64,000 nt of DNA, taken from Lingula anatina (lineage: Eukaryota > Animalia > Brachiopoda). Below, piece by piece: positions 38,145 through 64,000 of this stretch. How positions within the stretch are numbered: the first letter of the stretch is position 1; each line of letters opens with the position of its first letter. Under the pieces are notes generated by a model. The model was not told where the DNA came from, ran no database searches, and worked only from the letters and a program-made list of their open reading frames with translations. Where the stretch lies: NCBI GenBank assembly GCA_051362555.1, contig CM120641.1:39748401-39812400 (forward strand). The letters run 5' to 3'. The translations under genes and the position numbers were made by a program.

Positions 38145-40209
38145 AACATGGCCATATGCAATATATTTTGGTTTTGTTTTTTGTTAATTGTTAATTAATA
38201 AAAGAACAACATGAACATGTTTAAATTAGTTTATTTGTCTGGTGAACTCCTATAAGATCTTATATTTCTTTTTATTTTAGAAATATAAATCTTTAATCAA
38301 TTTGAAAGTTTAGACTTGCCAAAAATATTGAATAATATTAGATAAAGCTATTGTTGATTAGCATATTGTGCTAACTTTAAACCCTCTAAATGCCAAGTTC
38401 CTTTCCATTTCAGTGGTGTTATATTGATCAAACAAAGAATGTATGTTTTGTTTTCCCTGGAGAAATTTATCCTAGCTAATGTCTTATTTGATTGACTCCT
38501 GTAATATTTTTACTTAAATATTACTATGGTAATGTATGTTTTTAACTGTTTTTGTTGTTGTTGTTGTTGAAAGGGACATATTTTGTGTACTTAAGGTAAA
38601 GGTGAGTAAATTAAGTGTTTCTGACAATGGCATTATAGATTTAATTTAAGTAATTATGTCACCAGTTGAAGTTGAGCATGTGCCATTTAGACTGATGAAC
38701 TTGAGCTTAGTGTAACAGATTCCATGTTTGATATGGACATTTAAAGAAAGCATTACTAAAGAGATTATAGAGTATAACAGAAAATTAAGTCATAGTGTAC
38801 AAGATGTAGGCATCATTTGATCTGTACTTTCTGATTTTCCCCAAAATTTTCAAAGCAGAAACATGAATATTTTAACACCCATTCTTGAGCAGGAGAAGTA
38901 ATTTCAACTGTAAAGTAAGAATATCTTGATTAAATATTGGGATATAGTTTAATTTGCAGTCTAATGAAGTATACCAATAATTAAGATGTAACAAGAAACC
39001 ATTTTCTTTGAGAGTCAGGTAACCAAATCAGGGTAAAAGCTCTTTGGCAAAATTATGGACCCATCCAACTTGATCCAAGATAAAATAGAACACTTGGCAG
39101 TTGCATCCAGTTGAACAATAATATTTTAATGTCCGACTCGTACAGCTATCGAGTTTTGTACTCAGTGTTGTCATCTTATCCAAGAAAGAAAAGGTTACAT
39201 ATCATATCTGCATATAAAGCTTAGGGGAGAAAAAAGATGAGTACATGTCTTCTGGTTGTGGATCTCACCTTCGGTGCACCAACAACCTACGTATGTATAT
39301 TTTGAAAGCTATACTTCATTCAAATATTGAGGTGTCTAGTATTTAACCTACTAAATTAGGTGGTTGCAATGAGTTCAATGTATTTTTATCCTCTGGGCTT
39401 TTTAGGTGCCAAAGGCAATTGTGCAAGTTTATTTTTAGTATACCACACACATTATGTGATGCTCCATATATATAATAATGCTTTAGTTATGTATACAGGT
39501 GTAGTCAATATTATAGCGATAAACATTTTCAGAATTATCTGATGATCCTATGTGGATCTGTGAGCATCTGTTAGAAAAAACTGGTAATCAGAGCAAACGT
39601 GTGGTAGATACAAAAAATTTGGTGAAATCCAGTGCTAAGATATTACATATACAAAGAGGGTATAATTTCCTAATCGCATTTTAATGCCATCATCATAGAT
39701 ATACATTACAAATCTTTGTTACTTACATATTTTAGATCAAATATGCTTGTAATGTGGAAACCCATCTCATTAATGGAAACAAACATCTTTCTTCTTTTTT
39801 CAGTTATCATATGTATACTGTATTCAGGCTTTTAATCCTTTTACTGACAATATCTCAATTTGCTGAATGGACTTAAATCATTTGACAATGTCATTTTTAA
39901 ATTGTAATTAGCTCATGTTTACTTTGGAAAGAACTTTAGCACATTTTTCTCTTTTCACGTAAAGTGAATCATCATATTTTATAACAAGAAGCAGAAAAAA
40001 GAACAAAAATGTAAAATGTTGTATTATGCATTTTTCTTAACAGACAATGTATGAAAAATTGGGCTCCCAAAATAAATTCAGATGAAATTTGACAGACTGA
40101 GTGTAACAATTATGATATCTATTTTAAAAACCACCTACTGGTGCAAAGAACTTGCAATAACCCTGTATTAGTGATTTCATAGAATAATACCTTCTTCACA
40201 CTTGCTAAA

Positions 40210-40561
40210 ACCCCCTTTACACTGGACAGCATCTTTTCTGTCCTTTTGTGCAACCATGAAACTGGCATTGCTGTGGTTGTAGAAAAGAGGCACAAGCATT
40301 GCTTTGGTTGCAGAATCAGACATGAGCTTTTACCGTGGAAACAGAATTCCGCGTTTTTTAATTCAATTCTGATGGTTCCCGAGATTCGTCAAGATCTGCA
40401 ATAAAATCTGATCCAGTTTTTTTTATTTGAAACCTAGGCTCATAACTCTGAAAGAAGGCTCAATGATCAGCCAGTTGTTGGCACATGAGGTATTTTTTTT
40501 AAATTTCAAACAGGGCCATACTATGGGATGCAGAAAGGACGCTGTCCAGTGAAAAGGGGCT
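40210..40561. mobile_element. PIF/Harbinger-like MITE
   Basis: ~30-bp imperfect TIRs (CCCCTTTWCACTGGACAGCRTCYTTTCTG) with TAA-like flanks. Confidence 0.7.
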
Positions 40562-41631
40562 TAACTGAAGTTAAAAAATAATGTGCTACACCATAGAAAA
40601 ATATTGACATTTGCTGACAAATGTTACAGAAAAATACCTCAAAATAGTAATATTATATCCTTAACTACCTTTCGTGGTAGTTTCAATTTACACATTATAG
40701 GCACACAATGAGTGTTTAGATCATTAAACAGCAAAGTATTAATTTTCCTGGAAATTTCAACAATTTTCCCTTAATCACCAAGTTATGCTATATCCATCAT
40801 CATTATTTGCCATATCACCAGGGAACACTGGCCACTGATGACTCTCTATATAAATTGCTTCTAGGCCAGTCTTGAAAGGTCCCTTCACTTGTAACAAAAA
40901 TATATATCATTATCTATAAACCTATTTTTGAGTTTCAAGTTTTTAATGTTTGAGTCTCTCTTGAAAATAGTAGTTTTCATTTGTTATAACATAAACTTTC
41001 AAGGAAAGCTGCCATATAAAGTTAATACTTTATTCAAACCCTATATAATCCTTTAAAAGGTAGACACCTGTGTGAATGACCTGTTGGCACACTTGGTCTG
41101 TGCATAGAATACTGCCATCATTCAACTCTGGACTTTATACTTGCATAGTGCCATTTCAAAATAGATCAAATTAAAAGGTATTTTAACTTGTAAAATGAGA
41201 TCAACTTCCAAAACCAATGACAAAACTTCAATACCTGTAACACTATAGGTAATCAAAACTGATTAACATGCCCCTGTCCTATGAATAAAATATTCAATAA
41301 ATACAGGAAGAACTGGATTACAAATTTTGAAAAGCACCATTATGATTGAACCTTAAATGAGAACTGATAGGTATATGATATAGCAATTCAAATACATTCT
41401 TTTAGCATTTATTTGTATGATATGATAGCTTATAAGTTGAGAACTTATAATATGAAAAAATAAATAAGATAAAAAAAACAAGTTATCAAATGATCTTATT
41501 GAAAAACATATTTACTGAGATTTATACTAGCTTTCATATTATCGATAAATATTAGCTAAATATCAATATAATAATCAATATAATATAATACTAATTTGTG
41601 CTCATCAAAACAAATGAATGCATAGTCTCTT

Positions 41632-41633
<2 letters not shown>

Positions 41634-41710
<77 letters not shown>
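41634..41710. repeat. (TA)n microsatellite
   Basis: Direct reading. Confidence 0.95.
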
Positions 41711-41712
<2 letters not shown>

Positions 41713-41904
41713 ATGATGCCAACAGAAAAATTTGTTGAAATACTATATATTTCAAAATTATCATTCAATTTGTGCAAATTTTCAGTTCACAACCATAGTA
41801 ACCTTTGTTTTGGAACTATCAGTAATTTCATATAGGTGTTTCAAAAATTTTTCTCATGCAAAGTTTTTACCATCTCTCCCTCTAAAACTTTCATTCTTGG
41901 AGTT

Positions 41905-54581
<12,677 letters not shown>

Positions 54582-54943
54582 TATGCTGTGCATGAGAACA
54601 ATAATAAACACACAAGCGTGCGTGCGTCGTGCACGCATTTCTCTTCTGCAATATCATATAATTAAAATGACGAAAGCTGAGTAAAGAAAGTAAAAATATT
54701 TGATAAATTTGATAAGTACACATGTATGCATTTACTTAATAATAAAAAACTTGATCTTAGAACGAAGTGAACGGCTATATTTTGACCAATGAAAAACAGC
54801 TTAATTTTCATCCCCGAGCAAAGTTTTGTACCAGCGCTGTCATTTTGGAAATCGTGATTTCTGCGTTCGTCCCTCGTTCATATATTTTATACCCCTAGTT
54901 TATAGTTTTTGTGTGTCCTTAGATAAGGAGAAATTGCACAACA
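54582..54943. promoter_or_regulatory. Bidirectional promoter of KMO (-) and ZC3H14 (+)
   Basis: Only 362 bp between the two start codons; CCAAT at ~54786. Confidence 0.85.
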
Positions 54944-57900
54944 ATGGAGATTGGAACGGAGATAAGTCACAAAATACGGGTGAGAATTGATATACGCCCT
55001 TTTCAAGGGGGTGAAAATGAATATGAAGTCGGCACTTGTTTGGGTTTGGAAATTTTTGTAGTGAATTACTAGCAATGACACTTACTATAGTATAAATAGC
55101 AGATTGTGAATTAACTAACTTGTGGCAATTATCATATGCTGATCTCTGGAAAGTAAAACATGACATTATGTTAGCATTGGAGAAGATTGCATTTTCAAAT
55201 GGCATTTTCACCCTTTCAAATGTACAGGATTTACCCGTAATTGAGCAGATATGACTGAGATTTTTCAGTTTTTAGTTTGAATTCATAAATACATCATGGT
55301 CAGCACATTGTTCAAAACACAGGCAATCAGGACCTCTTAAAATGCCTATACCTGTATCAGTTTGTCTGTTAAAGTTAACATATCAAATAATGTCAAATAT
55401 GTGGGCTGCATTGCAGATCTAGAACACTTGGGTTTTAAGTATTGCATTTAGTATACTTTCCTTTAATTTTGAAACTTTATTTATTTATTATGGGGGGAAA
55501 AAAAACAGCCAAATGTGCTCCGATACATTTCAAAGTGATAGCAAGATTGTATTTTTCATTTTCTGTAGTCTGCTATAAAGGCCAAGCTGGTGGACCTGGG
55601 GGCCTATGTGGATGATGAACTGCCAGACTATATCATGGTTATGGTGGCTAATAAGAAAACCAAAGAACAGATGGCAGATGATCTCAGTTTATTTTTGGGA
55701 AACAACACGGAGAAATTTACATCATGGTAAGTCACATGGTTTGTTGAATTGTTTTATAAAAATAATGAGAAAAATATTAAGTTATATATGTTAACTATCA
55801 GTGTTTTATAACAATTCTTTAATGCTACTGATTAACAATAACAATCTTTTACTGCATTTTATTTCTCAGGCTTCACAGTTTACTGACCAAATTGAAGGCC
55901 ATCACCAGTGGAAACTCTGCAGACACTAGAATGGAAGATTTGATAAAAGATGGTAAAACATGATTAAGCTAAAACATGCCTAAGGTTGACACTTATATTA
56001 TGTTTACCATAGTGAAAAATATTTGTTTTCATTTTTATCTTTTGTCATGATTTTGGAAAAAAAAGTTATTGGATTAAATTCAAGTGGTATGCTAGTAGTA
56101 CTACAGATACTGCTGGGGTAGTGCTAGCAATTTTTTTTTTTTGCTTAGCCAAATCACCACATTTTTGTCAATTTGTTATCAAAATGGTTATAATTTGGCT
56201 AAAACAAGTCAAATCAAGCCCTTTTTCTTCAGCCAGTTTAAGTCAGTTTTAGCATTTGGCTAAATTGGCAAGTGTTAGTGCTACCCCAGTACTGGTAGAT
56301 TGTACACCCCTTCCTCATCAGGGTAATGTATATTGTACCTACTGGAATGTTTAAGTCTGGAATTTGAATTTTTAAAGTGTTATTCATCAATTTGATCCCA
56401 ACACTTGAAGATCTTTAGCACTTTTTTAAGACTTTGCTGCTCATGAAATGCTTCTAATTCTTTTCTGAAGAGCAACCCAAAGCCGAGCCAGTAATTGTAC
56501 ATGAAGATGCTATCCAAGACAGAGCGAAATCACAGACAGGAGTCAGCCAGACCAAGAAAACAACAGAAATCAATGATGCTTTGAAAGACAAGGAAAAACA
56601 AAAGAAAGAGAAAAGTGTCACATCCAACAAATCTGCAGCTCATAAAGATCAAAAGCTGGAAGAGCCTGCAACTGATATAGTAGAGGTCACAATAAAAGAT
56701 GGTATGCCACACATTACTGCATATCCCACTCTAAGCAAAAGGTTTTACATCCTCCTAACACATAATGCAAAAAAAAGCAAAATGAATTGGCGCTTAAAGT
56801 TTTTTTTATAAAGATAAGTGTTAATTTTCATGCATTAATTATCTGTCTTCTTGTTTATGCACTTTTTTGTTCAATTTTATATTTAGATGAATTTCGGGAA
56901 GAAGAGCCCAAAGACAGTTTGCATAAATCAACTCAAGATAAAAAACAGACCAAAGTGTCTTCAAAAGTTTTGCCTACTGTTCAGAAGGCAGCCCCAGTGA
57001 GGTCTGTTACCTCTGTGGCACCAGCTAAAGTATCTGCCAAATCTGGAGCATTCAGCAGATACACTCCAAAAACATCAAAGGTTAGCATGATATTGATATC
57101 AGAATGGGGAACATATAGGCCAGTTTAAGGTGGAGCAGTTGAAGTTATACTGATGAGTCTTGGATGCACTCATTTGTTGCCCAATTTTTATTGTAAACCT
57201 AAAAAAATATGGCTACATATGTTAAAAAGTAAAGTACTAAGTTGATGCAATGGACTTTCAGGATAGAAAACGATAATGAAGATACTATGGACATTGGCAA
57301 CCCATGATGTAATTGTGACTTGAGCTAGATTCCTTTTGACATTGTCCATGTACGTTTTCAGGTCCGCCCTGTTGTTCATGCTCAGAGGCGTTCAGTGGTA
57401 GGAACAGTGGTACATCACAGTGAGGAGGAGGAGGACGAGGAGGAGTATGATCCTCACAACCCGGCAGTGGGGAGTGTGGCCAGTGTCATCAGGGTAACTG
57501 AGAGAAAGTAAGGGCTAATATGAATGTGTCTCCAAAGGAAAAAGATGATGTGCTTATTTGGAAAGATAGACATTTGTTTATATCTCTGCACTGGTTTTAT
57601 ATTTACACTAAAATTTGTTTTTGAATAAAAAAAAAATTCCTGTGTGTGAAATCCTTGTGAAAGGGCCTTGTGATAATGAGTTACTTTGGTAATATAATAA
57701 TGAATGACCCTTTTTTGGAGAAGCTGTATTATACTTTTCAAAGATCTGTAAATATCGCAAATTTTATTAAAGACGTTATCTGTTACCACAGGTCCAGTGT
57801 TCCAAAATCTCTGCAAGCCAACAAGAGTCTTCTACTGAAGGCAATGACCGAAGCAGAGACATCAGTAACTAGCAAAAAGGCTGCACTTCGCAAGCCTTCC

Positions 57901-60900
57901 ATCAAACCTCAGTACTTGGAGCCTTTTGAAGATGCCAGGTCTTTGCTGACAAGAACAGTGCATCAGTCAGAAGAAACTAGGAAAACGAGTATGTTGGAAG
58001 GGAAAAGAAAATGAGATAACAGATAAGAATGTTCTTCAGTTTGAGTAATTATGAAGGCAAATTTAGTGTGATGATATGTCATTTAAGGTGGGCAAAATTA
58101 TGTGATATAGGAATTGTTTTGGTTTTATGAAAGGTTCTCTCTAGTGTTTTATGTTATCAGTTGAATTCCATATAAATGTAATTCACTTTAAATACAGAAG
58201 ACAGTTCACAGTCGGTGCATGCACATTTCTCCAGGTCATGCTCTAGTAAGGCCAGTGCAGAGAAGTAGAGGGATGCAGCTGTATTCAAAGACCAGGCGAG
58301 AGGAACTGCTGCAGAGACTGGGAGCTAGTGCATCCTCAGAAGAGGACCAAGAAAAAGAAGTGGAATTTGAAGGTATGCTCAGCAATCTGAAGTTTATGTT
58401 GTGACTTAAATTTTGCATGCTCAGCGTCAGTATTTTAAGAAGGGGTTAACACAACTCTTTTAAAGGTTTCTTTTCATGTACGTTTTTGCAAGGCGGTTCT
58501 TGTAATACATTGTCATTGAACAGCAATTGGAATTGGTTTATCCACTAGGTAAGATTGCTGGGAGATCAGTGCATATCTATTTTTGTTAAACAACAAACTA
58601 TGGTTCAAAATCTGATATAAGTTAATGAAATTTGATGTTTTTTTTTCAGTATACCCCGAGATGGACAGCAGAATCATAAAAACTTACCAGCCAACCCGTG
58701 TGCATTTGCCAGTAGATTATAGCTCAGACATACTCAACCTAAATGACAGTGAAGACAACAGTGATGTAGATAGGATTGGAGAAAGTGATAGCATTGACAG
58801 GATACCTGATAACAGAAAGATCATCAACAGGTATAACTTACTTATTTGCAGAAATTGTTAGGAGTGAGAATAAAGCCGCTGACATCTTGTCAGATTGTGA
58901 GGAGCAAAGTGATCAGTGCTTTTCTGGAATCTGTTTTGTCAAGTGTTCATGGTAACATAGTGCTGATGCAGCACTTCACATGGATTGATTAACATCCCCA
59001 TGTAGAAAAATAAACTTAATTACATGTATAAAGTTGATTTCATTTCCCATTGGCACTTTTCAAATACAGTTAGTAGTAGTAGTTAGAGTTGTTGTTAAGT
59101 AAAGTTATAATCTCAGTGAAAACAGTAATTTGTTTGCACTGTGCTGATATATTAAGCTGTAGCTGTACTGTTACCTAAGGCCCCTATTTCACACAGACCA
59201 CGAATCCCACGAATCGCCAGGAATTGAGAAATTTCAGGATTCGTAAGGATTCGTGAGATTTTGCCAATTTTCTGGTCTAATTCAACACGCTCACGGTTCA
59301 GTTACGATACACGTACGATAGTGTTACGAATATTCATGGGATTTGGCTGGAATCGTGAGATTTTTCCAATTTTCTGGTCTAATTCAACACGCTCTACGAT
59401 TCAGCTACAATACAGATGCGATAGTGTTACGAATATTCGTGGGATTCGGCTGGAATCGCACGAATATTGTCCAGAAATTCACTACAATTTTTTGGAATCG
59501 GGATTTCTTGGCCAAAACTTTGAATAGCTTTAAATTTTTGCCACGAATTCCTGATTGATCAAGAATTGCAAGAACTGACTACGAATATATACGAATCTGT
59601 TAAGAACTTCACGAGCTGATTACGATTCAACCACGAATCTTGAAATTTGTCAATTCCTGGCCATTCGTGGGATTCGTGGTCTGTGTGAAATAGGGGCATA
59701 AGGCTTAATACATTGTGCTAGTCAACACTTCAGAGTCGAATGAAATTTTAATTTATTTGTAAATTTGTATCTGTAGTGAAACCTCTAGCTGTATTGAAAT
59801 TCTGTCTCATGAATGTATCTCTTACTGTCCTTGTAAAAGTTGCCAGTTGATGTCAGAAGCCATTTCAAAGTCCACTTTTGATTTTTAGTTACTGTAGAGA
59901 AATCCTGCCTTATAATTGTCCTTCTTAACTGTCTAGGTAGAATATACAACAAAGTGAGGTGAGAACAGAGTATTATTCACCTCACCTCTAGATCACATGA
60001 CCACACCTGGTAAAGGTGACATCTGTTACAGTAATACTTGTCACATTTTTGCACAGGGCCTACAGGTAGCATACTACTCATTACACCCACATACAACCTC
60101 TAATGCCCTACCAGGTTGTGAGGTGCAAACTATATAGTGATATTTGTTGCATTTATCAGCTCCTGGACATAGTGTTAATGGTAATATATATAGCAAACTG
60201 ATACTTCTTTTTTAGTGGATAATCCGATTTTCTTTATTTGCATATCCTTTTTTTCAGATTGCTTTTGTGGTTATAGCTTACCACATTGAAATCAGAGGTT
60301 TAAATTTTGTTATCATTACCACAAATAGTTCGTGATGTTTAACTTGCCTGCAGACATTTTGCTGCTTGCTGTTTATGAATCACATCACCTTGCGTCACTT
60401 TATTGTAAATGCCAGGTTGTCTGCTTTTGTGATTTTGTCATTGAAGATAAGTTTTTACTTCATTACAGTAGAGATGAGTGCCTTCCCAATTTTTGCCCAG
60501 TAATCTTTTGGGTTTGAGTTTTGTATTTATGTACCTTGACTCTCCAAATTAGGTGCGTGCCTCATGTGCTTGCATTTTTGGGATTTTTATGTTTAGAGGT
60601 CCATTTTCATTTCCAGTCCCAGGAGTGCTGGTATGACCAGTCCAAAGTTTGTGGTCACTCTGGATGGTGTGAACCCCTCTGACCTGAGACACCGGAGAAG
60701 AGGGTCATACAGCGACGAGGAGGACATGGACAGTAATGAGGGAGGAGAGGTGATAATTGTGGAGGACTCTGCCACCAAGAATCTGACTTCAAGAAAAAGA
60801 CCTCCAGTCCAGGGACTGTCAATAAACCTAGCAGCAGATTCTGATGGTATGTTTAATTCGTGAACATGTTAAATTTGCTTTGCAATTGAAGTATGTATTT

Positions 60901-62461
60901 ATGCATGCATGCATGTTTGGTGTGCTCAGATTTGCAGTGGTAAGTAAGGATGTCAAACTTCATTCCCACATTTATTTTCATTTATGCACATTTATGTGAA
61001 AAATCTCCATTAATTTATGATTTTTCAATTTTAAAGAGGATGCAGTGGAGGAGCAAGAGAACAACACATCACCAAGGAAAAAAATGAAGCCAGCTGAGAG
61101 GTGTAAATTTTGGCCTACATGCAAAAATGGTGAAAGTTGTCAATATCATCACCCAAAAACACAGTGCAAGTAAGGACTCTTACATTTTTTACCCATCATT
61201 TTTAGTAGTGCAGAAAGGAAAAGAAATAATATTGGACTCATTGTGCATTAGAAGTAAATTCATAGATGGTAAAATGCTCAAAATAGCTCTCTTGTAAACT
61301 GAACTTCACAGACTTGATTAAACCTTAGAAAAATGAAATGTTTAACATTGGCAACCTGCAGAATGAAAGAACTTGATAATTTTATTACTTGCAGAACATT
61401 CCCTAAGTGCAAATATGGAGACAAGTGTTTATTTGTGCATCCCAACTGCAAGTTTGATGCCAACTGTAGCAGGAGTGATTGTCCATTTACACATGCAAGC
61501 AAGCGAAGCCCAGTAATACCCACTGTACAGCAGGGTAAGCTGTCTTGATACTTAGTGTAAACGCTAAATAAGTTAAAAAAAGCACATTAGCAGCAAGTTT
61601 TTCTTTGTTTTTGTTTATATATGGAGGTGATGATATTGAGAAGTTGGGTTTATGTCATTAAGTATTTTGTGTGAAAAAAATTAAAATGGAGAAATGAAAC
61701 TGGAAGAATGTTTGATAATTGTAATTTCCATATTTATTAAGTATGATAAAGTGTAGATTTAAGAATTTTGATAGAAGTGGTAAGTAGACGTATCCAAAGC
61801 TTTAGGTTGACACTAAATATTCTTTCCATATTTTACATTTCCAGTGGTTATAGCCCCTCCTAAGTTTTTATTTCCTACATCACATGCCAGCATCCCCCCA
61901 GTGCCAAAAGGTCCCAAACAGATCACCTGCAAATACATCCCAAACTGCACAAATGTTAACTGTGTTTTCAGTCACCCAAAGGTATGTACACATAGTTTAC
62001 CATTTGCTTTAAAAAAAGATTAAGAATAATGAATGCTTGCATGTCGACTTAAAGCTTAACATAAATTTTTATTGCTTTTTTAGAGTAAAGTCCAAAGACC
62101 ATCTGTAGCTGAATAAAGTTCAGAATTTGTGATTTGCACAGATGTTTACTTCATACACAATTGTGTTAATTTTTCACTTGTTGAAATGACTTTTGGAAAT
62201 TACATTGGTTTGAATGGTCAGATATTTCTTTTGACTAGCAGTATAAAAGATTTTGTGGGTCTGTGTGTGTGATTTAATATGTTATTGGTAGTTATACTTT
62301 TAATATGTTACCAACTAATACATTGCTGGACTGATGTGATTTTTGTTTTCCAATTTCAGCCATGTCGCTTTGGCATCAGTTGTAACAACAAATCTCAGTG
62401 TGCGTTTACACACCCCTCTCTGCCCACTCAAGATAAACTGAAGTGGAAGGCTGGCACATAA
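54944..62461 (+). CDS. ZC3H14: Zinc finger CCCH domain-containing protein 14 (Nab2-like poly(A)-binding protein), ~701 aa
   Basis: Exons 54944-54979, 55569-55726, 55870-55952, 56471-56701, 56887-57080, 57362-57507, 57792-57988, 58235-58372, 58650-58830, 60617-60846, 61037-61169, 61395-61534, 61845-61981, 62360-62461. PWI-like N-terminus MEIGTEISHKIRSAIKAKL...DELPDYIMVMVANKK, QANKSLLLKA, SPKFVVTLDGV, five CCCH fingers. Confidence 0.95.
56113..56289. mobile_element. MITE with a 5-bp target-site duplication
   Basis: TIRs CTGGGGTAG...CTACCCCAG with TACTG on both flanks. Confidence 0.75.
59179..59698. mobile_element. PIF/Harbinger-like MITE
   Basis: ~65-bp TIRs (GCCCCTATTTCACACAGACCACGAATCCCACGAAT...), TAA on both flanks, internal ~105-bp duplication. 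Confidence 0.92.
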
Positions 62462-63225
62462 AGTGTGTGGTTAGTATATAACTTAATGTTTAATATGCAA
62501 GTTGAAAACCCAAGTAGAGATTTCTGAAAATAATTTCCCTTACATGTTTGTTTTAAGCATGTGTTAGGCAGTGTGAAATCTATAAACCTGCAAATTTACC
62601 AGGAAGGCAATCTGTTGCTGTCACCTTAGTAATCTCCTTTTTCTTTTAGATATATGACAAAAACAAAGTTCAAGTTGGTGGACTGAAGAACAATTGTTCC
62701 AAGACATGAAGCCATGATGGTGGAATCTCGACAAAAAAATAGCCAGTGTAACAGGGAAGGAAACATTTACCACAACATGATTGTGGTTGTGAAAGATTCA
62801 TACTAGTCAGTGGGTGTGCTTCTAACATGAAGGTGAAGAGTTGGCGTCATTTACTATTCAGCCATCGAGCGTCTACATTTATGGAACTTTGTATGCATGC
62901 ATTGTTAGAAGTTAAAAATGCACTGCTATTTATGTCAGGGACTCTTTTCAGGACTCTTCATTTATGGCAGAAATAATCTTTTTATGATCGATTGTATTTT
63001 AAATACTGTTAGAGATTGGAAAAATATGTATCAAGCACATATCCCATCAAGACATACTATTATTCCACATTTAAAGTGAAATAAGAAGAGGATTCATAAT
63101 AAAGAAAAATAAAATGCAATTTGCAGGACTTTTCATAGTTTATCTTACCAAATAAAATGCTACAAAAATGATTAAAATATTTTGTGTTCATTTCAAATGA
63201 TTGATAAATGTCTGCATCAAAAGGT

Positions 63226-64000
63226 TCACAATTTTTTGGTAAAAACCATAATCTGAGCATGCGTTTCTCCAAGTTTCAAATAACTACACTGCTGTAATAC
63301 CCAAGATATGTGCTTGACCTCTTCCTCTACACATTTACTACTGGACCTAGGATCATTTTTACTGTTCTCAAAGTTCTTATTGTGCTCGGCGTTACCATTC
63401 TTATTGCCCAGGTCTACTGCATGACCAGTGCTTGCAACTTCTAAACGTTTATCGAGCTCCGCTTCACTGTTGACAGTTCCCAAATCAGCAGGGGTGTGAA
63501 TTTCTTGTCCCACATATTTCTTTTCTTGTCTAATAACTACTTGATTAGAATCAACATCTATCTCTTTATGAGCATGCTGACCTGAAACCAGGTGTAAGAC
63601 CAAATCTTTCAGCTCTGTGACTGTGAGAAGAACCACTCTTCCTCCTGGCTTCAATACCCTGTTCATCTCAGAGATCATCAGTGGGTAAAGGGTTTCCACA
63701 GTCTTTGGGCTACAATGTTTATATCCAAATGGAGGATCACATATAATGACATCCACACTGCCTGATTTCATTGGTAGCTGCCTGACATCTGCTTGTAGCA
63801 ATTCAATGCTATTAGAATCAGGTAAAAGTTGTTTATTTTCACTTGCTTTCACCAGCTGTGAGTCTGAAATGTCAAATCCATAATATCTGGCATGGGGCCA
63901 GCTGTGCTGTGCCTCCATTAAGATGGTTGCTGCTCCACACATGGGGTCTAATACAACATCACATGGGGAAATGTCACATAAGGAGCATAGAATCCAACTG
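63226..64000 (-). CDS. THUMPD2: THUMP domain-containing protein 2-like m2G RNA methyltransferase, C-terminal part (5' end outside the window)
   Basis: Open to the window edge: SWILCSLCDISPCDVVLDPMCGAATILMEA...YYGFDISDSQL...SVDVIICDPPFG...EMNRVLKPGG...LKLGETHAQI. This is the Trm11/THUMPD-type SAM domain with a THUMPD2-like C-terminus. Confidence 0.85.
   Translation of the reverse strand, partial: SWILCSLCDISPCDVVLDPMCGAATILMEAQHSWPHARYYGFDISDSQLVKASENKQLLPDSNSIELLQADVRQLPMKSGSVDVIICDPPFGYKHCSPKTVETLYPLMISEMNRVLKPGGRVVLLTVTELKDLVLHLVSGQHAHKEIDVDSNQVVIRQEKKYVGQEIHTPADLGTVNSEAELDKRLEVASTGHAVDLGNKNGNAEHNKNFENSKNDPRSSSKCVEEEVKHISWVLQQCSYLKLGETHAQIMVFTKKL

Noticed and set aside
60242-60250. ATATCCTTT as a U12 intron donor
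   Set aside because: There is no upstream exon or matching U12 branch point/AC end; it sits within a polypyrimidine tract.

Overview
Eukaryotic, intron-rich, AT-rich animal DNA. The repeat types suggest a lophotrochozoan such as a mollusc, but the species cannot be fixed from sequence alone. Hand splicing gives seven protein-coding genes: (1) the 5' part of SIRT2 (minus; absent from the ORF track); (2) an unrecognised 7-exon gene for a 287-aa secreted, Glu/Lys-rich protein with a Cys-free mature chain (plus), containing a dead exon and a Tc1 insertion; (3) LRR1 (minus, one GC-AG intron); (4) a TWIK-type two-pore K+ channel with two duplicated alternative first exons (plus); (5) KMO (minus, 14 exons); (6) ZC3H14 (plus, 14 coding exons); (7) the 3' part of THUMPD2 (minus). 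The genes alternate strands, giving compact head-to-head promoters and tight tail-to-tail junctions. Introns hold many transposons: a Tc1, a CCCAG-terminal CACTA/EnSpm-like element carrying an older Gypsy relic, nested Kolobok-like elements, a Helentron/HINE with a 146-bp satellite rich in nuclear-receptor motifs, and several MITEs. All coordinates and gene names come from manual reading and remembered homologues; no database search was run.
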